Notes under the pieces: generated by a model | Database searches by the model: none | What the model was told of the DNA's origin: nothing | What the model saw: the letters and a program-made list of their open reading frames with translations, nothing else | Source of the DNA: an uncultured Gammaproteobacteria bacterium | GTDB taxonomy: Bacteria; Patescibacteriota; Patescibacteriia; Magasanikbacterales; UBA922 | Length of the DNA stretch: 64,000 nucleotides | Assembly: GCA_964597575.1 (NCBI GenBank) | Contig: CAZQXB010000001.1 | Coordinates: forward strand, 402,111 to 466,110 | Reading direction: 5' to 3' | Shown: piece after piece, positions 17,544 to 26,381 of the stretch | Position numbering within the stretch: the first letter of the stretch is position 1 | How the letters are laid out: every line of letters starts with the position of its first letter | Made by a program: the position numbers and the translations under genes

Positions 17544-20500
17544 ATGAAAAAATCCCTCGTTTTAGCAATTATCTTTGGGGTGTGTGCCTCGTTTGGAGTT
17601 GTGCATGCTTTAGACAGTTTTCGGGTTCTTGCCCAAACCACCTCTTGCCCTCTCCAAACCCTTCTTCCTTACAAAACCCCACAAAGTCCTGCGGTCTACT
17701 ATATTTCTGAAGATTGTAAAAAACGCCCTATCCGAAATCCGAATGTCTATTTTTCTCACTTCAGCTCTTGGAAAGACGTCCGTGTCACATCTTCCGCCAC
17801 CCTCAATCGCATTCCTGATCACGAACTCTCTTTTCTTCCTTGGGGCCCACGTCGCGTTTTTGAAAATGGGTCACTGGTAAAAACAGTGAGTGATTCAAAA
17901 GTGTATATCCTTCTTGGGGGGGACACAATCTATCCGATTGCATCTGAAGCAGTATTTCGCACTACTCTTGGTTTTTCCTTTAATCAAATTGAAGATGTTG
18001 CCCCAAGTGTAATGCAAAAATATGGTGTGGGAACTCCTATTGCCGGGGTTGAATCTATTCCCTCGGCATTGGTATTTAAATACCCAAGCGACTCAAAGGT
18101 GTATGCGCTTGAACGCCCTAACGGAGCAGGCGATTTAACAAAACGTTACGTTGCGAGCATGGCGCAACTTGCGACCTATCAATTTCGGGCCGATCGTATC
18201 GCGACTCTTCCTCCTTCTCGAGCCTTTGCCGATGCTACTGGAATTGCGCTGCCGATAACTCCATTACCCGGGCCAGTGAATCCAGCACCGAACCCGGTTA
18301 CCCCAAATCCATCTCCAAGTGTCGTGGTGCGCCCCCCGTCACCACCGCCAGGCGTTCCGGGTGTAACACCGAGCCCAAGTCCAACTCCATCGCCGACGCC
18401 CCAACCTTCGCCATCACCAATAGTAGTAGCCCCGGTTCCTCCGCCTTCTACTGAAACAGCTTGGCCCCCAAGAATTCCAAGTAGTTTTATTATGACGGTT
18501 CGGGAAACCGCAGGTGTGCAGAGATCAGGGGAAATTCTTCGCTCTGGGGTACCCTTACCAAAGAGTGTTGCAATTCGAAACACTGCGAATTTAGGTGTGG
18601 TAGATAGTTCAGGAAATGCTGTTCCTGCAGAATTTATTCCCCTCGCTCGCTGGAATGGATCGCTTACCAGTAATGAACCGATAAAATGGTTGATGGTAAG
18701 TTTTCCAGCTTCAGTTTCAGCGTCAGGGTTAAGCACATACCGACTGGTTACGAATGGAAGTGCCCGAAATCCTGCGAGTGAGACACAGGTACGATTAACG
18801 CGTTCTGGAAATTCAGTAACCGTAAATACAGGTGCTGGAGAATTTGTGATTAATGGAGACAATTCTACTCTCTTTGAAGAAATTCGTTCAGCTGCTGGTG
18901 TGCCAGTGGCGCGAGGGGGGCAGCTTTCCGCTACCGTCGGCGGTGTGGCAGGAATATATGCGCGTGCTCGTCGGGTAACCATAGAACATAGTGATTCTTT
19001 GTCGGCGGTTGTTGTAGTTGAGGGGGAATACACCCATCCTCAAAGAAATGGTGGGGGAATGGGCACACTTCGTCGGTATGTATTTACTGCAGGGTCACCA
19101 ACCGTCCAGGTCCGTCAAACATTGGCTTGGGAAGGGGACGCAGGATATAACGGCTATGTGCGTGTAAGTCAGCTTCGCGATACACTTGTTCCGGTGAATG
19201 CTCCAACAGAAATTTTTGTTCGAGGAGAGAGGTCTCGTTCAGCATTTTCTACGAGTGGTGAAGTTTCTCTTGTCCAGAGTCGTCGAAATACGAATACAGA
19301 AGCACGTCGGTATACACTAACCACCGCTGCGCAAACGCAAACTGGCACGGCTGCCGACGGAGCATATATCGCGGCGAAAAATTCTGTAGGAACCATAGCG
19401 ATTACCCTTCCTTCCATGCACCTCTATGAACCACAGGCACTCCGTGTGTTATCGAATGGTACGATTGCTCTTGATTTAGTAAATGAAGAAGTCCCTCTCG
19501 GAAATCGGCAAGGGCTCTTTGCGAATTTTTCAGTGAGTGTTTTACCGACTGCGGCCACAGCGAGTGATGTTGAACGTTTGGCGTGGGGAACGAGTGTTGC
19601 TCCGCTTCATGCGTGGCCTTCACCTGAGTGGTTTGCTTCGAGTGAAGCTGTTCCTGAGATGCCGTATGGTCAACTTCCGACGCAACTTGCTTCGTTTACG
19701 AATATTCAAAAATCCGTTCTCGAATCTACACTCCAAAATAGTAACCAATTTGGTTTGTATGGCCTTATGACCTACGGGCTTTACCCGCGAAATTGGGCGA
19801 ATCCAATTAACAGTAATGAAGTAGCGCAGGGGACCGGACCAACCGCTAATGAAACGTGGGATGATGTCTACTGGGGAACAACGTGGACCGATTACCATAA
19901 CGCAAGCAAACTTGGGGCGTACTTTGCGATGCAAAGTGGTGAGACTGAGTGGCTCGAAAGAATTACGGCTCCTGCTGCTTGGCGCATGCTCTATACTCAA
20001 ATCATGCAGTGTGGCCCAGATGATGCATACTTTTATTGTGGTCAGGCCCCAGCAGGATACAACGGATACCGTTCCGATTTTAATAGTTCGCATGCGTATT
20101 TTGATAACCTTTTCTTGTATAGTTATTTATTTGCTGATCAAAGTGTGGTTCCGATAATCACTCGGGGGGCAAACAATATGCGTGGTTATATTTGCCCTGG
20201 GCGAGCTAATGCTGCCGGACCTGCGTGTGATCCAACCGTACAAAAGTTTGATGAGTATGCAGCGGTTACTGGGCGCTCGGCCATGCAGTATGCAAATATT
20301 TTTCATTATCTTGGCACTTCAAGTCGAGACGGAAGCTATTTGGAAGATTGGGAATCACTTCTCGCTCGAGCTGTGACTCAATATTATGTAGAGCCAGTTC
20401 AGCAGGGTGTTCCCTATGGATTTTGGGCCTCAAGCAATGCTCGTACAGGCAATACTGCTTCAGGAGCACTTCAGAGCACAGATCAGCAGTGGATGCTCTC

Positions 20501-21491
20501 TTTGTATGATATGGAGGCGCTCTATAATTACTCTGTGGAAACCGGCGATCAAGCACTCGGTAGTCCCCCTATTCGTCCGAGTCGGATTATTACGAACTGG
20601 GGAAGAACACTCACTCGATTTGGTGGTGGTGGAAGTCCAGTTACTGCAGAAGGAACCTGGCCAAATGGTTTGCGATTTCGTTATAGTGGAGAAAGAATTG
20701 GCGGCACACTCGAACAAGTAGAGGGTGATCGCTCGGGAAGTGACCCTACGCTCTATGTGGCGGGGAAGGCCGATCTCTTGGCCGTGCTTGCGCGTGCTGC
20801 AGATTGGAGCAAGGATACGGATATCAAAAATCTTGCCTCGAACATGACCCAGTTTGTGCTTCGGAATCTCGGCAACTATCCTTTAGGCAAAGAACAAGGC
20901 CTCATGCTTGCGCGGTTACCGGTAGCTGTAGCTCGTCTTACAAGTATGGCAGGAAAAGGGGAGGTATCTCTCGGGGCAACGGTAGGAATAACCCCACCAC
21001 CCGCACCAACACCGAATCCGACACCAACCACTCCGCCTCCAACACCACCCCCACCACCAGCAACACCACCTCCTCCACCATCAGCGAGTGCTTCAACGGG
21101 TTTACCAGAAAGTACATATACGCCCCAAGGCGGGCAAACAGTAACATTGGTTGATGGGCATCCATTTGCTCCAGCATTTAACCTTTCTTACTATTTCGAG
21201 CATTCTCTTGGTACAGGAACATGCTTCGGAACTGATTTTGTCGAATACGATTTTTACCTTCGGAACCCAGGGGCTTCCAATTATGAACGTATTGGTGGGC
21301 ATACTGGTTCAGCGGTCGGTTCCTTTTCAGGGGGGCATTCTATGGAAAGTCAGGGGTGTGCCAAGGGAAGGTTTCTCTATCATTTTCCAGCGAGTGCACC
21401 ATCCGGAGCCTATAGTGTAGGGGTTTGTATTACGAACACCACGAATCGTTCTGAGCGTTACTGCACTACGGCTGTGGTAACAAAGCCATAA
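17544..21491 (+). CDS. giant secreted/surface protein (1315 aa) with Pro/Ser/Thr-rich linkers
   Basis: Signal peptide MKKSLVLAIIFGVCASFGVVHA; low-complexity PSPTPSPTPQPSPSP and PTPNPTPTTPPPTPPPPP linkers; about 50% GC. Confidence 0.6.
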   Translation: MKKSLVLAIIFGVCASFGVVHALDSFRVLAQTTSCPLQTLLPYKTPQSPAVYYISEDCKKRPIRNPNVYFSHFSSWKDVRVTSSATLNRIPDHELSFLPWGPRRVFENGSLVKTVSDSKVYILLGGDTIYPIASEAVFRTTLGFSFNQIEDVAPSVMQKYGVGTPIAGVESIPSALVFKYPSDSKVYALERPNGAGDLTKRYVASMAQLATYQFRADRIATLPPSRAFADATGIALPITPLPGPVNPAPNPVTPNPSPSVVVRPPSPPPGVPGVTPSPSPTPSPTPQPSPSPIVVAPVPPPSTETAWPPRIPSSFIMTVRETAGVQRSGEILRSGVPLPKSVAIRNTANLGVVDSSGNAVPAEFIPLARWNGSLTSNEPIKWLMVSFPASVSASGLSTYRLVTNGSARNPASETQVRLTRSGNSVTVNTGAGEFVINGDNSTLFEEIRSAAGVPVARGGQLSATVGGVAGIYARARRVTIEHSDSLSAVVVVEGEYTHPQRNGGGMGTLRRYVFTAGSPTVQVRQTLAWEGDAGYNGYVRVSQLRDTLVPVNAPTEIFVRGERSRSAFSTSGEVSLVQSRRNTNTEARRYTLTTAAQTQTGTAADGAYIAAKNSVGTIAITLPSMHLYEPQALRVLSNGTIALDLVNEEVPLGNRQGLFANFSVSVLPTAATASDVERLAWGTSVAPLHAWPSPEWFASSEAVPEMPYGQLPTQLASFTNIQKSVLESTLQNSNQFGLYGLMTYGLYPRNWANPINSNEVAQGTGPTANETWDDVYWGTTWTDYHNASKLGAYFAMQSGETEWLERITAPAAWRMLYTQIMQCGPDDAYFYCGQAPAGYNGYRSDFNSSHAYFDNLFLYSYLFADQSVVPIITRGANNMRGYICPGRANAAGPACDPTVQKFDEYAAVTGRSAMQYANIFHYLGTSSRDGSYLEDWESLLARAVTQYYVEPVQQGVPYGFWASSNARTGNTASGALQSTDQQWMLSLYDMEALYNYSVETGDQALGSPPIRPSRIITNWGRTLTRFGGGGSPVTAEGTWPNGLRFRYSGERIGGTLEQVEGDRSGSDPTLYVAGKADLLAVLARAADWSKDTDIKNLASNMTQFVLRNLGNYPLGKEQGLMLARLPVAVARLTSMAGKGEVSLGATVGITPPPAPTPNPTPTTPPPTPPPPPATPPPPPSASASTGLPESTYTPQGGQTVTLVDGHPFAPAFNLSYYFEHSLGTGTCFGTDFVEYDFYLRNPGASNYERIGGHTGSAVGSFSGGHSMESQGCAKGRFLYHFPASAPSGAYSVGVCITNTTNRSERYCTTAVVTKP

Positions 21492-21522
21492 AAAGTATTC
21501 CTGCCCTTCGAGAGGGGGTTTG

Positions 21523-21861
21523 CTAGCATGAGTACATGCCTAATTTATTACTCGGGTGTTGGTTACCCCAGAACATGCCGGCGACGGAGTTATTGTTGAA
21601 GGAGTTCGATTTTGAGAGCAATGGGTAGAGCTTCAAAAACATGCTGCACATGCTGTGCTTGTATACCTTGATATTTCCGATGAAGTGGCAAAGAGGCGGC
21701 TCCTTTCTCGTCAAAGACTTTCTGATGCGGGTAAAACCTACGAAGAGATTGTGGCACACCCCATGGAAATTGAACGCGCCAAACTGAGAGATGTGGCCAC
21801 AGTTATCTTAGTCGAAGATACCGTGGAACATCATGTGGCCCTTCTTTACCCGCCGAAATAA
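21523..21861 (+). pseudogene. possible remnant of a P-loop nucleoside kinase gene (frame-disrupted)
   Basis: Fragments ...GVIVEGV... and LVYLDISDEVAKRRLLSRQR... resemble the kinase core and lid of the 2207-2803 family but sit in different frames without an N-terminal P-loop. Confidence 0.2.
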
Positions 21862-22105
21862 TGACCAGGAATTTCTTCTTTTTTATTTATCTTTTTGCGT
21901 TTTTTAAGCATGGGCTATTCATCCGTTTACCTAGACGTGATTGTTGAAACGGGGTTTTGGCGAACGCAAAAGATCGCGCTTATCGTGAAACAGTCAGAAA
22001 AAGTAACAGAGGGGATAGCGAGGAGTATTATTCGGTTTTTGCAAAGAGATTTTCCAGAGCTTTTGCTGGACGAAGAAGGGTAACGTACTCTGATGTGTAT
22101 ATCTC

Positions 22106-22134
22106 TTGACAAAAACCCCAATCGGTGCTATACT
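22106..22134 (+). promoter_or_regulatory. sigma70 promoter TTGACA-17-TATACT for the DEAD-box helicase gene
   Basis: Consensus hexamers. Confidence 0.55.
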
Positions 22135-22196
22135 TGAGTCCTTAATTCCTACGCTATATAGAGCGTACGACTCGAACTTCAGGACTCGCATGCAAC

Positions 22197-22230
22197 GTGA
22201 CCCTAAGACATCGGGTCACATTGTTTTTTT
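22197..22230 (+). promoter_or_regulatory. 5' leader hairpin GTGACCC-taagacatc-GGGTCAC + U-run immediately before the start codon (possible attenuator or cold-responsive leader)
   Basis: Perfect 7-bp stem followed by ATTGTTTTTTT then ATG. Confidence 0.35.
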
Positions 22231-23664
22231 ATGACACATGCGAATAGTGGCCAGTCTTCTGGCTTTGGGAGCCTCGGCTTGGCCGAATCTCTCCTCTCTC
22301 TTCTTACGAAGAAAGGTTTTCAGACGCCAACGCCGATTCAGGCGGAGGCAATTCCTGTTGCGCTTACTGGCCGCGACGTGGTTGGTATTGCGCAAACTGG
22401 AACCGGAAAAACCCTCGCTTTTGGGCTTCCAATGCTTGAGCGTTTAGCTCGAACAAAAGGGAAGGGTTTGGTTATTTTACCAACTCGTGAATTGGCTCTC
22501 CAGGTAGATACCGTTTTACAAAATATCGGATCATCGCTCGGTCTCAAAACCGCAGTGCTTATTGGTGGTGCTTCGATGCATACCCAATTGCAGCATTTGA
22601 AGCGAAACCCTCATGTGATTATCGCGACCCCAGGTCGTTTGGTTGATCACATGAAACAAAAAACGATCAACATGCAAGACGTTTCTATTGTGGTTCTCGA
22701 CGAGGCCGACCGCATGTTTGATATTGGATTTGCTCCGCAAATTATCCAAATTTTGGGAACCTTGAAAAAAGATCGTCAGACCATGTTATTTTCTGCAACC
22801 ATGCCCACAGAAATTGCGGGCTTGGCACACAAATACATGAAAGATCCAGCTCGTATTGAAGTCGCACGTCCTGGTGTTTCTCCAACAAAGATTACACAGG
22901 AGATATATATGGTTCGCAGAGAACAAAAAATTTCTTTGCTGCAAAAATTACTTGCTGATTTTAATGGTACGGTATTGGTTTTTTCTCGCACCAAACATGG
23001 GGCAAAGAAAATTGCTGTAGCCATTCGTCGTATGGGTCATACCGCGGATGAAATTCATTCGAATCGCTCACTTGCGCAACGCAAACGCGCACTTCACGGG
23101 TTCACCACCGGAAGTCATCGCGTGCTTGTGGCAACAGATATTGCCGCTCGTGGAATTGACGTGACGAATATTGAGCTTGTTATTAACTTTGACTTACCAG
23201 ATCAATACGAAGATTACGTTCACCGTGTTGGTCGTACGGGTCGAGCTGGGCGTGAAGGTCATGCGATTTCTTTTGCTACGCCTGAAGAGAGAAATGATGT
23301 GCGTGGTATTGAGCGATTAATTGGAAAGTCAATCCCTCTCCTTGTTGTACCTGCAGATTTGCCGATGCTTCCTCCGCCACTCCCAGGGGACAGAGAACCA
23401 AGACCATACGGGCATACACCGCGTGGCGGCGGGTTTGGTCGTAGTCCTCGACCAAGAAATTTTGCCCCTCGCGGAGGTGGTGGTCAGAGTCGTGGATTTA
23501 GTCGCGGCCCTCAAGGAGGGCAAGCCAGTGAAGGGCGGAGCGCTGATGCCCGCCCGGCTGCGCGTTTTAATAAGCGTCACCCGGCACACCGTAATCGTTT
23601 ACGCTCTGAAGGCTCTGGTCGCCCACAAGCGCCACGTCATGCTCCATCTCGTAATTCCTACTAA
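22231..23664 (+). CDS. DEAD-box ATP-dependent RNA helicase with RGG-rich C-terminal tail
   Basis: Motifs AQTGTGKT, DEAD (VVLDEADRM), SAT, HRVGRTGRAG; C-terminal RGGGFGRSPRPR repeats. Confidence 0.9.
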   Translation: MTHANSGQSSGFGSLGLAESLLSLLTKKGFQTPTPIQAEAIPVALTGRDVVGIAQTGTGKTLAFGLPMLERLARTKGKGLVILPTRELALQVDTVLQNIGSSLGLKTAVLIGGASMHTQLQHLKRNPHVIIATPGRLVDHMKQKTINMQDVSIVVLDEADRMFDIGFAPQIIQILGTLKKDRQTMLFSATMPTEIAGLAHKYMKDPARIEVARPGVSPTKITQEIYMVRREQKISLLQKLLADFNGTVLVFSRTKHGAKKIAVAIRRMGHTADEIHSNRSLAQRKRALHGFTTGSHRVLVATDIAARGIDVTNIELVINFDLPDQYEDYVHRVGRTGRAGREGHAISFATPEERNDVRGIERLIGKSIPLLVVPADLPMLPPPLPGDREPRPYGHTPRGGGFGRSPRPRNFAPRGGGGQSRGFSRGPQGGQASEGRSADARPAARFNKRHPAHRNRLRSEGSGRPQAPRHAPSRNSY

Positions 23665-23673
23665 AAAAATAAT

Positions 23674-23704
23674 AAAACCCGGTCTCGTCGATCGGGTTTT
23701 ATTA
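23674..23704 (+). terminator. intrinsic terminator after helicase gene
   Basis: AAAACCCGG...CCGGGTTTT hairpin + T-run. Confidence 0.6.
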
Positions 23705-23814
23705 TATAAAAAACGGAAAAACGCCCTTAAAGACGTCGCGTAAATACTATATGAAAGGGTTTGGGGCGGAGGAGGGACACGGGTCTCTCCTCCGCGGGGG
23801 GTGTGGGCCGATGA

Positions 23815-24210
23815 TCAGGCGAAGGTGTTGTACCCGAGGTGCGGCTTGGTTCGCGTGAGCTCGATTGCCGTGAGCTTCCCGCTCATCTGTCCGATGGCGC
23901 TGTGGAACGCCGCCACCAGATCTCTCGAAGCGATCATGGTGGTGCCATCTTTGGTCGTGTGGGCCGACGCCGCGGCTTCGAGCCACTCCTCGATCTTGGT
24001 GGTGTCAGCACCAGTCACTTCGAATTCTTCGGTGGTCGTTTTCTTGTCCCCACCATACACGATGGTAAGGGTGAAACGAAGGCCGTTTCCCTGCTCACCA
24101 ACACATACTCGTAGTTTCATTTCCGAACCTCCTACTTTCTTGTCTTCTCCTCTGAGCCAAAACCCCGAGCCTTCTTGTCTTCGGGGGAGTATAGGGATCC
24201 CATCTTCCAT
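23815..24210 (-). CDS. hypothetical high-GC protein (131 aa)
   Basis: Balanced amino-acid composition; consensus TTGACA-17-TATACT promoter on the minus strand at 24282-24254; about 58% GC; overlapping plus-strand ORFs look low-complexity. Confidence 0.4.
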   Translation of the reverse strand: MEDGIPILPRRQEGSGFWLRGEDKKVGGSEMKLRVCVGEQGNGLRFTLTIVYGGDKKTTTEEFEVTGADTTKIEEWLEAAASAHTTKDGTTMIASRDLVAAFHSAIGQMSGKLTAIELTRTKPHLGYNTFA

Positions 24211-24299
24211 ATACTCCTACGAACACAAACTAACAAAGGAGTATACTACTTGTTTACTTTTTTGTCAAGTAATAGGGGCCGTGCTATCATAAATCTACT

Positions 24300-24773
24300 A
24301 TGAAATACTTTGCTACATTTGGAGCCGGTTGCTTTTGGGGAGTAGAAGAACGTTTCCGTACGACGCCTGGGGTAAAAGAAACAGCCGTTGGGTATATGGG
24401 CGGACATACCGATAAACCAACGTACCATGATGTCTGTACCGACCGAACCGGTCATGCGGAAGTAGTTCAGGTAGAGTACAATCCTGACGAAGTTTCCTAC
24501 GAAAAATTGCTCGATATTTTCTTTGCCAACCATAACCCTACAACGAAAAATCGCCAAGGGCCAGATGTTGGTTCTCAGTATCGCTCGGTTATTTTCTATC
24601 ATTCCGAAGAACAAAAAGCACTGGCTGAAGCTGTAAAGGCACAATTAGAAGCTTCAGAAAAATGGAAAAGCCCCATTGTAACGGAAATCGTTCCGGCAGA
24701 GACTTTTTTTAAAGCTGAAGAGTATCATCAAAAATATCTCATGAAACGGGGAGAAGAAAGCTGTCACGTCTAA
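24300..24773 (+). CDS. msrA: peptide methionine sulfoxide reductase MsrA
   Basis: GAGCFWGVE active-site motif. Confidence 0.9.
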   Translation: MKYFATFGAGCFWGVEERFRTTPGVKETAVGYMGGHTDKPTYHDVCTDRTGHAEVVQVEYNPDEVSYEKLLDIFFANHNPTTKNRQGPDVGSQYRSVIFYHSEEQKALAEAVKAQLEASEKWKSPIVTEIVPAETFFKAEEYHQKYLMKRGEESCHV

Positions 24774-24778
24774 ATTGT

Positions 24779-25402
24779 ATGTTCTTTGCGCAGGTGGGAT
24801 ACGGTGTTATTTTTGCGGTTGTGTTTTGTGAAGCGCTCCCATTTTTTGGCACTCTTTTTCCTGGGCAAAGTACCATTGTTGCGGCTTCATTTGCGGCAAA
24901 GGTAGGTGTGCTCCATCCCATTTTTATTATTGCAGTCGCGTCTCTTGCGATTGTTGCAGGAGAAACCCTCTCTTTTCTTTTGGGTAAGGTATATGGATTA
25001 TCTTTTTTAAATACCATTTCTCTTAAACATCATTCAGGAAAACAGGCAGTCGCGCGTATTCGTGGACTAATGGATACCCATGTAGGAAAGGCGTTATTTG
25101 TAGGTCGCTGCGTTCCGCTCACTCGTTCGCTTACCCCTTTTGTTGCCGGTGCTTTTGGGGTAGGGTGGCGCACATACTTTTTGTACGGGCCACTTGGGGC
25201 TGTGGTCTGGGTCATCGGTTCGGTAGGTTTAGGCTATTTATTCGGCGAAGCATACGTGCGGTTGACTCATGTTTTTGATGCCGCAAGCGCACTTGTGGCC
25301 GTTGTTCTGCTTGGAATTATCGGTTCACGGGCATGGCGCTATGCCACCACAGAATTTTCTATAACAAAGGAGAAGAAAGAATCTTCTTCACGCGATTGGT
25401 AA
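24779..25402 (+). CDS. DedA/SNARE-associated family membrane protein
   Basis: DedA-type N-terminal ...FCEALPFFGTLFPGQS and multiple TM helices. Confidence 0.6.
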   Translation: MFFAQVGYGVIFAVVFCEALPFFGTLFPGQSTIVAASFAAKVGVLHPIFIIAVASLAIVAGETLSFLLGKVYGLSFLNTISLKHHSGKQAVARIRGLMDTHVGKALFVGRCVPLTRSLTPFVAGAFGVGWRTYFLYGPLGAVVWVIGSVGLGYLFGEAYVRLTHVFDAASALVAVVLLGIIGSRAWRYATTEFSITKEKKESSSRDW

Positions 25403-26372
25403 GAGCGCGACCAAGCGCACCCTTCGGCCAGTCAGAGTAAATAAGGTAGGCGGCATCCGGCCCCATTGTATCGAGCGTAAAAAGAGTGTGATAAAACCGA
25501 CGTGTCACCTCCGGCATATTTTGACGCGAGGAAAGAGAAATGGTTTGGGTGTTCGGGGGAAGGTTTGCTTCGATCAAAGCCTCGGCCGTACCAATAACAA
25601 CCGTTTTTTTTATATTAGCAGTGCGAATTGCTTCAGAGGAAAAAGGATACACAGGCGTTTGGGGAGCGTAGTGTTTATATTTTGCTCCCGGGGTTGTTTC
25701 AGTGTCCCCTGCGGTCTCGGCTTCCTCGCAGGTTATCGGTGTTAAAAGGGGTTTATCTCGGTGCGCGGCATCAAGAAGAATTTGAATATCTTCCACTCCA
25801 ATAACACCGGGTCGCAAAATAACTAACCGATCTTTGTTGCGACAATCAACGATAGTGGATTCAATACCAACTGTGCATGGTCCGCCATCAACAATTCCCG
25901 GAATACGCCCTCCAATATCGTGTTCAACCATTTCAGCCGTGGTTGGACTTACTTTTCCTGAGGTGTTAGCCGAAGGTGCGGCGAGTGGTACACCTACCCC
26001 AGAAATAATACGCCGAGCCACTTCATGATCAGGAATGCGACAAATCACGCTTTGTTTTCCACCGGTTGCTGGAAGAAGTGGAGAGTTTTCGGGAAGATGG
26101 ACGAGAATACTGATTGGCCCAGGGGCAAGTGCGAGGATGAGCATTCGCGCTGCCCCGGGAAGATTTGGAACGTACTTTTGAATCATGGCAAGTGAATCAA
26201 AATGGCAAATGAGTGGGTTATCTCGTGGTCGCTGTTTGGCTACGTACACTTTTTCAACCGCAACTAAAGAATCTGCGCGTGCAGCCAGGCCGTATACGGT
26301 TTCAGTCGGAATTGCCACGATGTCTTCTTTTTGAAGAAGGTGAATCGCATCAGATTCAGAAATAAGAGGCAT
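25359..26372 (-). CDS. tsaC: L-threonylcarbamoyladenylate synthase (Sua5/YwlC/TsaC family)
   Basis: PTETVYGLAA motif and YrdC-like fold with Sua5 C-terminal extension. Confidence 0.75.
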   Translation of the reverse strand: MPLISESDAIHLLQKEDIVAIPTETVYGLAARADSLVAVEKVYVAKQRPRDNPLICHFDSLAMIQKYVPNLPGAARMLILALAPGPISILVHLPENSPLLPATGGKQSVICRIPDHEVARRIISGVGVPLAAPSANTSGKVSPTTAEMVEHDIGGRIPGIVDGGPCTVGIESTIVDCRNKDRLVILRPGVIGVEDIQILLDAAHRDKPLLTPITCEEAETAGDTETTPGAKYKHYAPQTPVYPFSSEAIRTANIKKTVVIGTAEALIEANLPPNTQTISLSSRQNMPEVTRRFYHTLFTLDTMGPDAAYLIYSDWPKGALGRALTNRVKKILSSPLL

Positions 26373-26381
26373 AGATCAGGT

